Shown: positions 18,973 through 28,944 of the stretch, one piece after another
Position numbering within the stretch: position 1 is the stretch's first letter
Layout: each line of letters begins with the position of its first letter
NCBI GenBank assembly: GCA_964619555.1
Contig: CAZUDV010000014.1
Coordinates: forward strand, 22,658-86,657
DNA length: 64,000 bases
Reading direction: 5' to 3'
From: an uncultured Bacteroidales bacterium
GTDB taxonomy: Bacteria > Bacteroidota > Bacteroidia > Bacteroidales > JAGOPY01
Made by a program: the position numbers and the translations under genes
Notes under the pieces: generated by a model
Told to the model about the DNA's origin: nothing
What the model saw: the letters and a program-made list of their open reading frames with translations, nothing else
Database searches by the model: none

Positions 18973-21921
18973 CTAATCTTTTACACACCTTACCGATAAA
19001 CCAATATAATTCCAAAAAACCAAAGTGCTTATAGAAGCAACATCGGTTATCATCCTATTCATAAAAGATAATTGTGATGAATTAGTTGATGTCCAATAGT
19101 CACCGCAACTGCCAATTAAATTGAAAGTTCCCCCAGTTCCTCTACCCCCGCCACCAAAAGCCGTGAAACCACTTTCATTGGTTGCCCCAGTATTAGGGGG
19201 ATTCCAATGATCTAAACCAAATTCCTTCATCTTTCCACCTGCAACATTTTCACCGCCAAGATAGGTAATAAGTATCGACCATTCTTCACTGGCAGGAAGA
19301 TGCCATCCTTGTTGGCATATACCTTGAATGCCTTCTTCCGTCGAATATTGCATCATTTCATCCCATTGGTACAATCCACCGTATACATCACAATTCGATT
19401 GACTATTGTTATAGCAATATTTTTCAATAATGGAATTATTACTCTGTTCTGTCGCACCGCTTAACTGTGTTCCGATATTTAAATTTTCTCCCATCCAACA
19501 TTGCGTTCCTATTAACACAGTCGCATACTTTCGACCGTCCCGATCATCTGTTAGTGAATCCCCGCAAGCCCACGTGTTACAAACGGTAGTTGATTGGTTA
19601 AGGGCAGTGGCAGTTGAGTTAGCTGATGCATTAAACGCCCAGACATATCGACTGTAAATTGTTCCGCACGTTAAACCAGTTTCCAGCATTGAAGTATCAG
19701 TACCGACATCTGTTGCTGTTGAGTAGTTATTCTCCGTGTTCCATTTATATCCCGTAGCTCCTGATACAGGATGCCAATTCCAGATGATTTGATTTGTGGA
19801 TGACGTGTGTGTTCCTTCTATTGGTGATTGAAGTGTGTTATCTTTAATACATCTGACAGAAAAACCGTGATATTTAGCGATCTCATAACGGTTCACGCCT
19901 ACACTATCGTGGTAAAGTCTTCGAACCCAAGTACTCGTTGGATCATCTTCTAATGATTCCCAAAAGTATACGTAATCACCAACCCCATAAAAATTCGTAT
20001 TCTGACTACGGACACCACCTGCAATTGCAGTGAAACCACTTTCATTGGTTGCCCCAGTATTAGGGGGATTCCAATGATCTAAACCAAATTCCTTCATCTT
20101 TCCACCTGCAACATTTTCACCGCCAAGATAGGTAATAAGTATCGACCATTCTTCACTGGCAGGAAGATGCCATCCTTGTTGGCATATACCTTGAATGCCT
20201 TCTTCCGTCGAATATTGCATCATTTCATCCCATTGGTACAATCCACCGTATACATCACAATTCGATTGACTATTGTTATAGCAATATTTTTCAATAATGG
20301 AATTATTACTCTGTTCTGTCGCACCGCTTAACTGTGTTCCGATATTTAAATTTTCTCCCATCCAACATTGCGTTCCTATTAGAATTGTCGCATACTTTTG
20401 ACCATCGCGTGTATCTGTTATGGAATCCCCACAAGTCCAAGTGCCACAATCCGTTGTTGAAGTTGATAAGAGGGTGGGATATGAATTTGCCCCACCATTA
20501 TACGCCCAAACATATCTTGTATATAATGAATCACAAACAAGCCCAGTTTCTGTGTATGATGTATCTGTGCCTAAATCAATGGCTGTTGAGTAATCACTGG
20601 TTGTGTTGAATTTATAACCAGTGGCTTCTGATACGGGTAGCCAGTTCCAAATGATTTGGTTTGATGATGGAATATGGGTTCCTGAGGTTGGAGATGATAA
20701 TGCCATATCTTTTATGCAGCGAACAGATAATCCGTGAGCGCGAGCTGAATAATCTTGGGTATATGCCGTATCTGAATCAAAAGTTAAATTAAAAGGATTA
20801 TAGACCCCAACTGGATTTATAGAACTTGTCCAATAAGTCCCTGTAACACTACCAATTGGAGCTCCCCCCAAATACGGATGCCTATTTCCTGCAAGTACTA
20901 ATTTTAACACAGAACCGAAAGCCCCATTTGCATTTATAGAACCCCAAGTCGCAATTTCTTCATCCATTTCCGTCTTTGTTGGTAAACGAAATCCAGTAGG
21001 ACAAGGATTATTGATCCCCGTTAATCCCTGCCATAATAAATCATTTTGTGGAACTCGCCAGTCCAAAGGATCAGTAACAGTTGTTATAAACAGAGAATGA
21101 TTTGGGTCATCAGTGGGTGAAGTAACATCCGTGGTGCCGTTAACTGGTGTTCCATTTGTTTGACTTGACCAGCTTATTAATTCGTGCCCGTCAGCCAATC
21201 TACCCCATTGGAAAAGAGAGCCATAAGCCAAGTAATCGTCAACTGAAGTTGCTGCTTGGCTGGCTCCAAGATTGCGATCTAACCACATTTTTCCAGTAAC
21301 AGGGTTTGTTATTTCGCAGTAGGTATTACCATAATTGTCAACGATATTGCAATTTGGGGTACAATCGTCGGTCGATAGGTTTAATTGAGTTGCAGGTGAT
21401 ACTCCACATAAATCATATGCCCAAACATATCTTGTGTAAGCTGTTCCGCAGGTCAAGCCTGTTTCGACATAGCTTGTGTCTTCACCTAAATCTATACCAT
21501 TATCAAAATCATTATCTGAATTCCATCTATAATAGACAGGCTTGAGGTAGTACGAAGTCGGATCACTTGCCCATTTCCAAGTGATTTCCGTTAATGAAGA
21601 AATGCTGGTTGCGGAATCTGGAGAAATTGGAGTAGAACAAAGACGGATATTTCTCCATACACCTAAAGTGTAAATAGATATTGTTGGTGATCCATATTCA
21701 CCACAGTTGGTGCAAAACACGCTCAGTCCTTCCGCGGGATTGGGTATGGCTGAGCGTTCAGAAATGTTCATTCTTGGGAGTAATACTCCTTTAGACGTGG
21801 ATTGTATATCAAGCATCGCCGATGAATCTGGAAGTGAACCATTTGTGTTGATGGCAACTTGTGATGTTGCATTGATGCTCATTAATATCAAAATAGGAAT
21901 AAGGTATTTGTTGGCTTTCAT
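18973..21921 (-). CDS. Secreted protein with three FISUMP (Fib_succ_major) domains separated by FN3-like repeats
   Basis: Signal peptide from MKANK (21921), PDSSAMLDIQSTSKGVLLPRM, three units ending SVRC(I/V)KD, WMGENLNIG/YGGLYQW/GWHLP motifs, spacers with YTRYVWAY. Confidence 0.88.
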   Translation of the reverse strand: MKANKYLIPILILMSINATSQVAINTNGSLPDSSAMLDIQSTSKGVLLPRMNISERSAIPNPAEGLSVFCTNCGEYGSPTISIYTLGVWRNIRLCSTPISPDSATSISSLTEITWKWASDPTSYYLKPVYYRWNSDNDFDNGIDLGEDTSYVETGLTCGTAYTRYVWAYDLCGVSPATQLNLSTDDCTPNCNIVDNYGNTYCEITNPVTGKMWLDRNLGASQAATSVDDYLAYGSLFQWGRLADGHELISWSSQTNGTPVNGTTDVTSPTDDPNHSLFITTVTDPLDWRVPQNDLLWQGLTGINNPCPTGFRLPTKTEMDEEIATWGSINANGAFGSVLKLVLAGNRHPYLGGAPIGSVTGTYWTSSINPVGVYNPFNLTFDSDTAYTQDYSARAHGLSVRCIKDMALSSPTSGTHIPSSNQIIWNWLPVSEATGYKFNTTSDYSTAIDLGTDTSYTETGLVCDSLYTRYVWAYNGGANSYPTLLSTSTTDCGTWTCGDSITDTRDGQKYATILIGTQCWMGENLNIGTQLSGATEQSNNSIIEKYCYNNSQSNCDVYGGLYQWDEMMQYSTEEGIQGICQQGWHLPASEEWSILITYLGGENVAGGKMKEFGLDHWNPPNTGATNESGFTAIAGGVRSQNTNFYGVGDYVYFWESLEDDPTSTWVRRLYHDSVGVNRYEIAKYHGFSVRCIKDNTLQSPIEGTHTSSTNQIIWNWHPVSGATGYKWNTENNYSTATDVGTDTSMLETGLTCGTIYSRYVWAFNASANSTATALNQSTTVCNTWACGDSLTDDRDGRKYATVLIGTQCWMGENLNIGTQLSGATEQSNNSIIEKYCYNNSQSNCDVYGGLYQWDEMMQYSTEEGIQGICQQGWHLPASEEWSILITYLGGENVAGGKMKEFGLDHWNPPNTGATNESGFTAFGGGGRGTGGTFNLIGSCGDYWTSTNSSQLSFMNRMITDVASISTLVFWNYIGLSVRCVKD
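19163..19514. repeat. 352-bp direct repeat, copy A (FISUMP domain 3)
   Basis: Identical by eye to 20030-20381 (offset 867). Confidence 0.92.
20030..20381. repeat. 352-bp direct repeat, copy B (FISUMP domain 2)
   Basis: Identical by eye to 19163-19514. Confidence 0.92.
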
Positions 21922-22080
21922 AGCATTTCGCTTAGGTTTGTGAATAAAATTCGTCACAATATTTGGCTTAGAATTCCCCACTTACCCACCTTACCTATAT
22001 TAAGGTTTACCGTACCACTTGACCGATTAACCGTAAAATTCCCAGAAAAATAAATGGTGAAACGAATCTTGGAAGGAAGA

Positions 22081-25000
22081 TTAATCCCCCACAATCGGCA
22101 GCACGATCTCCACAATGGTTCCAGTCTGGCTGGGTTCCATCTTGCTTTTATCCGTGAGCTTTACGGAATATTTGGTGGTTTTGTCCGATTTGGCAAATAG
22201 TTCTATGCGTCTTTGGGTGATCCCCATTGCTTTGTCCAATCGCGCCGAGTTGTCCCGTTTGGCTGAAAGCGACTTCTCGATGCCCACTCCGTTATCTTCA
22301 ATGATGCATTTGAGCGATTGGGTATCCATATCGGAGAATGTGATGGATAACTGACCATCGTTGGTTGGAATGGGCGATATGCCGTGCTTGATGGCGTTTT
22401 CAACCATTGGCTGGATCAACATCGATGGAATGGATATGTCGGCGGGATGCGTTCCCGTTTTGTTGGTGATCTCATATTCAAATTTGTTGGCGTACCTAAC
22501 CTGCTCCAACTTCAGGTAAGAATCCAGATAAGCCATTTCTTCTTCCAGCGTGATCACCTTTTTGGAAGCCAACGCGAAGGTCTGGCGGATCATATTGGAA
22601 AAATCGGATAACAGTTTAATGCCCTTGGTGGCATCCCGCTCCATAATGTACCGTTGCAAGGAGTTCAATACATTAAACACAAAATGGGGATTCATCTGGG
22701 CTTGCAATGCCTTCATTTCCAGTTCCGCGATCTCCAATTCAACCTTGGCTTTGTTCCTGATGTGCCGTAAGCGGTAATAAAAGATCAGCCATATGGCAAG
22801 TCCAATAATCAATGCCACCAGTGAAATGAACCACCACGCTTGCCAATAGGGTGGCTTTATGGTAAATTCCATCAATGTCTGCGTCTGTTCCTGCTGGCTG
22901 TTCAGGTTATATGCTTTGACAATGAAGCTGTATTTGCCAGAGGGAAGGTTGGTGTAAACGGCTTTCCTTTCCGCTCCAGCATCTTTAAATGATTTATCGA
23001 AGCCTTCCAATTGAACGCTGAAACGGTCTTTATTGGGATTGAGCAGGTTTACGCTGTTATAATAAAATGTAAGGCTATTTGAACTGTATGGGAATTTCCA
23101 TCCATTCGCGTTGGCGGGTGATTGCAAGGGATCGTTAAAGATGTAGATTGAATCCGTGGTTTCCAGTTTGGATAGCATAAGGGTGGGTTTTGTGCCGCTG
23201 GACTTCATTATGGCTTTTGCATCAACCTTTACCAGATTGTTTTGGGATGCCAGCCAGATATTGCCATCATCATCAAGGATTGGGCTTGTCAAACCGAAAT
23301 CCGAATAACCTTCAGCCGTGGAAAAATAGCGAATATCATTTTTGCCAGTTGCATAGAGTTCAGGCAGATCGATCAGCAACATCCCTTTGTTGGTGCCCAC
23401 ATAGAGATTGTTCAGCTTGTCGCAGATCATCCAGATGAAATTCCTTCCATATGAGTCATACAAGGAATCCAGCCGATGTCTTATGATGAAGCTGTCAGCG
23501 GATATGGAGCCAATGCCAATTTCTCCCGTGTTGGTAGAAAACACGATGTTTCCATCCTGATCTTGGCATATGTCGGAAACGTTATCTGGGAGCTCTGGAG
23601 CGGCTTCGTTTAGATGGATGATGGTGGTGCCATTATAAAGATAAAGTCCGCCGTAGATGCTGGAAAATAGCATTCCAGAAGGCGTGGGAAGCATCTTTGA
23701 TATAGCCTTGGGCAGAACGGAATTATTGGAATGAAACTTTTGTATGGAAAGTTCTTCTGCCAGATTGGGATCATTGATGATGTAAAGGCTATCAATCCAA
23801 TAACTGCTGCAAAACAGGTCATTACCCTTATCAAAGCTGATCGCTCCATACCTGATGCTGGGCGTAAAGCCTTTAATGATCCTTTTGTGATCCTCGGAAA
23901 ATTTCATAAATCCAACCGTGGTGCTTGCCCATAGATTATTGTTTTGATCATTGGCAATCATAAAGAATTCTGGCAGTAGCCAAAGTGGCGTACTTTTAAT
24001 GGCTACTCCTTTATAGAACCTCTTGATGATTTCCTTGATCAACTCGCCAGAAGAAGACTCCAACACCAAGTCAATGGGCAGGCTTTGGAAATCATCAGGA
24101 TTGCCCCAAAGGATCAAATCCTTAAAAACAAGGTAAAGAGAACCAGAATGATAAAACAATTGTCGAAAATCCCTATCCTTATCCAAAAAACCACGCATTG
24201 AGTAATTGGTGAAAATCTCCTTTGGTTTGGCAACCAGTCCGTTTTTTTCGGTGGCAATGAATAGGATGTCGGAATTTGGGTCGAAAAGCACGTAGTTGGT
24301 CTTGATGTCTTCCAATCCAAGGTGGGCGGTATAATCAATAAGACTTTGACCATCATAACGTAAAATGCCAGAAGCGATGGAACCAAACAAGGGAAACCAG
24401 ATGTTTCCATCGGAATCCTCGCACATATTAAAAACCAATCCCGTTCTTGAAAGGTGTATATTGCGTTTGGTTTCAATTTCATTGGTCGTGAACTGATTGC
24501 CCCAAATGGTATCCCCTTTTGAAGTGACCAGAGCCGTGGTGATGTTATGCAATGGCTTACCGTCTGGGGAAGGTTCGGTCAATCGCACCAGCTTCTTTGT
24601 TTCAGGATAAAACTTCAGCGCAAAATCCTTGAAGGGGAAAACGTAAACAAAGCCCTTGCTTTCCAAAAACCATAGGATTTCGTGTTCTTCATCCATTTTG
24701 CCGTTGGACTTGCCATAGAAATCCATCCGACCGTCTTTCAGCGTGTAAAAGCCATCATCGGCTCCGATGAACATTGTTTCATACGTTTTGGAATAATATA
24801 ATCGGCGGATGAAATTGCTGTGTAAGCCATCTTTCGTGGTGAAGCTGGTGAATGTTTTGCCGTCATATTTTGTCGCCCCGCCATCGTAACAGGCAAACCA
24901 GAAATTGCCGTGTCCATCTTGGGTGATGGCTCGAACATCATTGGAAGCCAATCCTTCCTTCTTGGTAATCGTATGGAAATCCAATCCGTCAAATATGGCA

Positions 25001-25170
25001 ACCCCAGCATCCGTTCCAATCCATAACCTTCCAATGCTATCCTGATATAGGCAGTTCACCTGATTGGAAGGCAATCCATCATCCACGGTGTACGTGCGGG
25101 TGTAATACTGTTGGGCTACTCCCAGTATGGGGATGACGACAAAAACCAGATATGTGAGGATGCGTTTCAA
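22081..25170 (-). CDS. LytS-type sensor histidine kinase with periplasmic beta-propeller (Reg_prop) and Y_Y_Y domains
   Basis: DGLPSNQV repeats, YTNLPSGKYSF, PPYWQAWWF TM, LQAQMNPHFVFNVLNS, QPMVENAIKHG, EDNGVG. Confidence 0.92.
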   Translation of the reverse strand: MKRILTYLVFVVIPILGVAQQYYTRTYTVDDGLPSNQVNCLYQDSIGRLWIGTDAGVAIFDGLDFHTITKKEGLASNDVRAITQDGHGNFWFACYDGGATKYDGKTFTSFTTKDGLHSNFIRRLYYSKTYETMFIGADDGFYTLKDGRMDFYGKSNGKMDEEHEILWFLESKGFVYVFPFKDFALKFYPETKKLVRLTEPSPDGKPLHNITTALVTSKGDTIWGNQFTTNEIETKRNIHLSRTGLVFNMCEDSDGNIWFPLFGSIASGILRYDGQSLIDYTAHLGLEDIKTNYVLFDPNSDILFIATEKNGLVAKPKEIFTNYSMRGFLDKDRDFRQLFYHSGSLYLVFKDLILWGNPDDFQSLPIDLVLESSSGELIKEIIKRFYKGVAIKSTPLWLLPEFFMIANDQNNNLWASTTVGFMKFSEDHKRIIKGFTPSIRYGAISFDKGNDLFCSSYWIDSLYIINDPNLAEELSIQKFHSNNSVLPKAISKMLPTPSGMLFSSIYGGLYLYNGTTIIHLNEAAPELPDNVSDICQDQDGNIVFSTNTGEIGIGSISADSFIIRHRLDSLYDSYGRNFIWMICDKLNNLYVGTNKGMLLIDLPELYATGKNDIRYFSTAEGYSDFGLTSPILDDDGNIWLASQNNLVKVDAKAIMKSSGTKPTLMLSKLETTDSIYIFNDPLQSPANANGWKFPYSSNSLTFYYNSVNLLNPNKDRFSVQLEGFDKSFKDAGAERKAVYTNLPSGKYSFIVKAYNLNSQQEQTQTLMEFTIKPPYWQAWWFISLVALIIGLAIWLIFYYRLRHIRNKAKVELEIAELEMKALQAQMNPHFVFNVLNSLQRYIMERDATKGIKLLSDFSNMIRQTFALASKKVITLEEEMAYLDSYLKLEQVRYANKFEYEITNKTGTHPADISIPSMLIQPMVENAIKHGISPIPTNDGQLSITFSDMDTQSLKCIIEDNGVGIEKSLSAKRDNSARLDKAMGITQRRIELFAKSDKTTKYSVKLTDKSKMEPSQTGTIVEIVLPIVGD

Positions 25171-25173
25171 ACG

Positions 25174-25935
25174 TCAGGTAGGCTTTGGTCTTTTTAGAAG
25201 CTTGTTCACCAAATCGCCTTGGTTGCGGTGGGATACTTCCAATTCCTTCCCATTGTCGAGTATCAGTATGTTTCCTGCCGACTTATCAAAGGTTCTGGCG
25301 TGACCAAGGTTCACCAGATAACTCTTGTGTATGCGGAAGAAATACTCCATAGGCAGGACTTCTTCCAGCCATTGAAGGGTTTTGCTGATCAGCAAGGGTT
25401 TGCCAGAGATCGTGTGAATTTTGGCATAGTTACCTTCACCCTCGCAATAAACGATCTCCTTGCAGGACATCAATTCATATCCGTTTGCTGTGGGAATGGC
25501 AATCTTGTTGGTATCGTAATTCGGCTGAAGGTTTGCCAACAAGGTTTCAATTTGTTTCAGGGAAACATCCTGCGCTTTCCGTTGCTCAAGCCGTTTCAAC
25601 GAATCACGGATTTCAATGGGCTGAACGGGTTTTAGCAGGTAATCCAATGCGGCACATTTGACCGCTTGAATGCCGTATTGGGCGTAAGCGGTGGTGAAGA
25701 TCACGTCAAAGTTGATCACCTCGAAGTATTTGAAAAGCTCAAAGCCATTTTCGGTGGGCATTTCAATATCCAGAAAGACCAGATCGGGTTTGAGCTTCTT
25801 GATCTTTTCGGCTCCTTCCTTTACATTATTAGCTGTTTCAACCACCCTGATCTTATCACTCAGAAATTCTTGTATGACCAGTTTCAGCGATACAATGGCA
25901 TTTGGTTCGTCGTCAATGATAATCGCGGTGTACAT
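25174..25935 (-). CDS. LytTR-family response regulator
   Basis: IIDDE, FLDIEMP, DYLLKP, FFRIHKSYLVN. Confidence 0.95.
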   Translation of the reverse strand: MYTAIIIDDEPNAIVSLKLVIQEFLSDKIRVVETANNVKEGAEKIKKLKPDLVFLDIEMPTENGFELFKYFEVINFDVIFTTAYAQYGIQAVKCAALDYLLKPVQPIEIRDSLKRLEQRKAQDVSLKQIETLLANLQPNYDTNKIAIPTANGYELMSCKEIVYCEGEGNYAKIHTISGKPLLISKTLQWLEEVLPMEYFFRIHKSYLVNLGHARTFDKSAGNILILDNGKELEVSHRNQGDLVNKLLKRPKPT

Positions 25936-26017
25936 ATGTTTTTTATGGTAAAGGTCGGTTATTGGTGGTGGAACATATGCTTGGCTTATTTAACGTATAG
26001 AATGGATTATTTTGCGT

Positions 26018-26422
26018 TCATATATCCGTGCTGCGGTAAAAGAAATAAAAGAAGACAATCACCTGCTTCCTTTCCAGCCCATCAGCCCTTCCTATCCTTT
26101 TTCCAGACCTGTCATAAACATATTCCCCGTCAAATCGTCCCACCCTTTTGCCGCTTCCGTCGTATAGGTAATCGTCACTAACGCTTCCAATCCTCACACC
26201 ACTGGCATTGTAGACATATTGATCATCAAACCTGCCGATCCTCTTGCCGCTGGCATCGTAGATGTAATCATCGCTGATCCTGCCGATTCTCGATCCAGAG
26301 CCGTCATACACATAGTCATCATCGAAACGAGCAATCCGCTTGCCTGATGCGTCAAAGAAATATTGGGAGAAGCCAATTGTAGTGATGAAAAAGGATAATA
26401 TTATGATGATTAACCTGATCAT
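26018..26422 (-). CDS. Exported beta-hairpin repeat (beta-flower-like) protein
   Basis: Signal peptide plus about six 15-aa units DDYxYDxSGxRIGRx. Confidence 0.75.
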   Translation of the reverse strand: MIRLIIIILSFFITTIGFSQYFFDASGKRIARFDDDYVYDGSGSRIGRISDDYIYDASGKRIGRFDDQYVYNASGVRIGSVSDDYLYDGSGKRVGRFDGEYVYDRSGKRIGRADGLERKQVIVFFYFFYRSTDI

Positions 26423-27352
26423 CTATTTATCATTCTTGAATAATTTGAAACTCACCTGATAGCGATAGAACTCAATGTTTTTGGTCACCGATAAAGCCCT
26501 ACGGATACGCAGATCATCTTCCAAGGCTATGATGATCCCTTTTATGGTTTGTCCTTCTTCCGCCAGTTCATCTTGCACATAGCCCATATAGCGCTGAATC
26601 TGACCCACCACATTGTCGCTTACACGTCCTTTTTTAAGCTCAATGACCAGCAATTCCCTTTTATCCTTGGATATAGCAAGAATATCAATATTGCCTGTAT
26701 CTGTGGGGTATTGCTGTCCAAATAGCTCCCCATCCTCGAAGATGTCATACTTTTTACCCAGTTCGGTATGATGCCAATTTTTGATCAGGAAATCTTCCAG
26801 ATGCTTTTCAAGAGCGAATACCGATGGGTCTTCCACCGTTTCATCCGTTGATATTAACTTGGGTGGGCGGTTGCCAGCCAGCAATGCTTCCAATTCATCT
26901 GCATAATTGGAAATGGTTATAACCGTACCTCTTGACAGAACCGATCTTTGAAAGGCATCGCTCATATCAGTCCTGTCAAGCATCTTTGGATACCACCTAA
27001 CGGTGCGACGATGGGGTAAAATCTGATCACGATGATAGGAATAATCATCCAGCACTTCCCCAACCATATAGGAACCTTTTCCGTCTGGACATAAAACAAT
27101 ATCACCAATGGCGATGTTTTTGCTTACAGTCCAAAGGCTTCCACACGCCAATCCAGCTGCCACTTTTGATTTATCTGGGTTGGCTTTCAGGTACACAGGA
27201 ATGTATGCCTTGTTAAAGTCCCGCCAATCATCGGGAAGCTTTCCAGTCAGGTCTTCATAGATATCGTAGTCCGCCCCGATGAAGTTCCCTTTGAAACATT
27301 CTTCTGCGTGCCTGTTTTTGGTGCCAAGGATGATTCTGAAATATTTTTTCAT
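26423..27352 (-). CDS. NucS/DUF91-like PD-(D/E)XK endonuclease with N-terminal sensor-like domain
   Basis: FALEKHLEDFL, IDILA...LLVIELKK, VGQIQRY; N-terminal GDIVLCP...HRRTVRW resembles domains fused to Mrr-like nucleases. Confidence 0.78.
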   Translation of the reverse strand: MKKYFRIILGTKNRHAEECFKGNFIGADYDIYEDLTGKLPDDWRDFNKAYIPVYLKANPDKSKVAAGLACGSLWTVSKNIAIGDIVLCPDGKGSYMVGEVLDDYSYHRDQILPHRRTVRWYPKMLDRTDMSDAFQRSVLSRGTVITISNYADELEALLAGNRPPKLISTDETVEDPSVFALEKHLEDFLIKNWHHTELGKKYDIFEDGELFGQQYPTDTGNIDILAISKDKRELLVIELKKGRVSDNVVGQIQRYMGYVQDELAEEGQTIKGIIIALEDDLRIRRALSVTKNIEFYRYQVSFKLFKNDK

Positions 27353-27371
27353 ATTAAGTTCATCGTTTTGT

Positions 27372-27626
27372 TTATTCTTTCGTATTTCCTTTTTCGAATA
27401 CCTTTAAATCGGGATTCAACAATTCGGTTACGGGAATATCCAATAGCGTGGCAATCTGGTATAAGGTTTCCAAGCTGGGCTGGTGCTTGTTGGTCACATA
27501 ATTGCTCACGCTTGCCTTGGTCATTCCAAGCTTGTCCGCCAGCCACTGGTTTTTGATGCCCCTTTCCTTCAGGACTTCACCAATTTTATTTAACCGTTTG
27601 GGTTCCATTTTCATCCAAAAGGACAA
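27372..27626 (-). CDS. XRE-family HTH transcriptional regulator
   Basis: LNKIGEVLKERGIKNQWLADKLG...NKHQPSLETLYQIA; real start probably a few codons downstream of the track start. Confidence 0.9.
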   Translation of the reverse strand: MSFWMKMEPKRLNKIGEVLKERGIKNQWLADKLGMTKASVSNYVTNKHQPSLETLYQIATLLDIPVTELLNPDLKVFEKGNTKE

Positions 27627-27692
27627 AGTTAATTTATTTTATATCATTTGTCAAATATAATTTGGATAATTCAAAATTTTTTCGTATATTTG
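27624..27692. promoter_or_regulatory. Back-to-back Bacteroidota promoters for the xre gene (-) and radC (+)
   Basis: Plus: TTTG 27661-27664, 20-nt spacer, TATATTTG 27685-27692. Minus: TTTG (caaa 27652-27655), 20-nt spacer, TAACTTTG (27624-27631). Confidence 0.75.
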
Positions 27693-27732
27693 TATATATA
27701 ACAAACACATTGACAATACATTAAACCGTATT

Positions 27733-28200
27733 TTGATGGCAAACCTTTCCACAACCCTCTCCCTGAAAGTTTCCGAAGTTGAAATTAACTATAAAAACAA
27801 GGTAAAGGCATCCGACAGGGTGAAAATTGCAGGTTCAAAGGATGCGTATGACGTGCTATGCCAGTTATGGAGCGACAAAATTGAGTATGTGGAAGAATTT
27901 TACATCCTCTTGCTCAACAAGGCTAATCGCGTATTGGGCTTTGCCAAGATATCCGAGGGCGGCACGTCGGGAACCGTGGCGGATGCGAAAAGGATTTACC
28001 AGAACGCGTTGAAGGCAAATGCTTGCAGCATAATACTTTCCCATAACCACCCCAGCGGCAACACCAACCCTTCCGAAGCGGACATAGCTTTAACTCGCAA
28101 GATGAAGGAAGCTGGCTCATTTTTGGACATTGCCGTTCTTGACCACGTCATTGTAACGACCGAAGGTTATTATTCCTTTGCAGATGAAGGCTTGTTATAA
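27733..28200 (+). CDS. RadC-like JAB/MPN domain protein
   Basis: EEFYILLLN, ISEGGTSGT, SHNHPSG...PSEAD, LDHVIV, YYSFADEG. Confidence 0.92.
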   Translation: MMANLSTTLSLKVSEVEINYKNKVKASDRVKIAGSKDAYDVLCQLWSDKIEYVEEFYILLLNKANRVLGFAKISEGGTSGTVADAKRIYQNALKANACSIILSHNHPSGNTNPSEADIALTRKMKEAGSFLDIAVLDHVIVTTEGYYSFADEGLL

Positions 28201-28212
28201 ATCACAGAACCA

Positions 28213-28596
28213 ATGAACACCCATATGACCCAGTTTGAAACCCAGTTAACAGACCTTCTCCCTGACTTTAAGCTGTCAGACCCTTTGCCAGCCGAAACCG
28301 ACAACCGTAGCTATTTTGGCACCAAACATACCACGGCAAGAACTTATCGCACCGCTGACGGCACATTGATTCAGGATTCGGGAATCCGCCATTTTTATGT
28401 GAGCAGCTTAATGTATAAAGATAATCCAGCAATGGAGAGTTTCAGGTATATGATCATCTGGACATTTGCCACGGCGCGGGGGTATCGTTGCAAATATTTC
28501 AACAAGATTGAATTAAATAAGGTATTCCTTTCAGGAAAGACGGATGAACTGCTTCTGGATAACCTGCAACGTGCCATTGCCAAAGGAACCATTTGA
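28213..28596 (+). CDS. Hypothetical protein
   Basis: 127-aa ORF co-oriented 12 nt after radC. Confidence 0.6.
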   Translation: MNTHMTQFETQLTDLLPDFKLSDPLPAETDNRSYFGTKHTTARTYRTADGTLIQDSGIRHFYVSSLMYKDNPAMESFRYMIIWTFATARGYRCKYFNKIELNKVFLSGKTDELLLDNLQRAIAKGTI

Positions 28597-28620
28597 ATTT
28601 AAACATTAAACCCAAAGCAA

Positions 28621-28941
28621 ATGAACCATATAACCTACTCCCAGATCATCAGCTTGCAAAAGGCTTATAATGTTACCGAAATTCAGGAGCAGATCAACTC
28701 AGGTTTATGCTGGCGAATGGAAGGCAGCGTTGGCAGGTTTGCAATGGACTGTCTTGAAGCTGGCGTCTGTATGTTGCCCCTTACGGCACATTACGATTAT
28801 TACGGGAACAGGGTTCCTTCAAGGGTTGACCTGAAAAGCGGAACCAAGGGCACGTTTCAGAATGCCGTCAGGTTCTGGGAACAGGTAATGAATGGTGATT
28901 TTGACACGGTTGAATGGCTGGAATTTACTTTTTGTTGTTGA
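28621..28941 (+). CDS. Hypothetical protein (mobile-element type)
   Basis: 106-aa ORF with A-rich leader; WRMEGSVGR...DYYGNRVP; no function assignable. Confidence 0.65.
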   Translation: MNHITYSQIISLQKAYNVTEIQEQINSGLCWRMEGSVGRFAMDCLEAGVCMLPLTAHYDYYGNRVPSRVDLKSGTKGTFQNAVRFWEQVMNGDFDTVEWLEFTFCC

Positions 28942-28944
28942 TCA

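Noticed and set aside
18973-20381. Diversity-generating retroelement (TR/VR pair) at the FISUMP gene
   Set aside because: No reverse transcriptase in the window. The repeat is identical rather than differing at adenines, both copies are coding, and the divergent tails differ at all base types.
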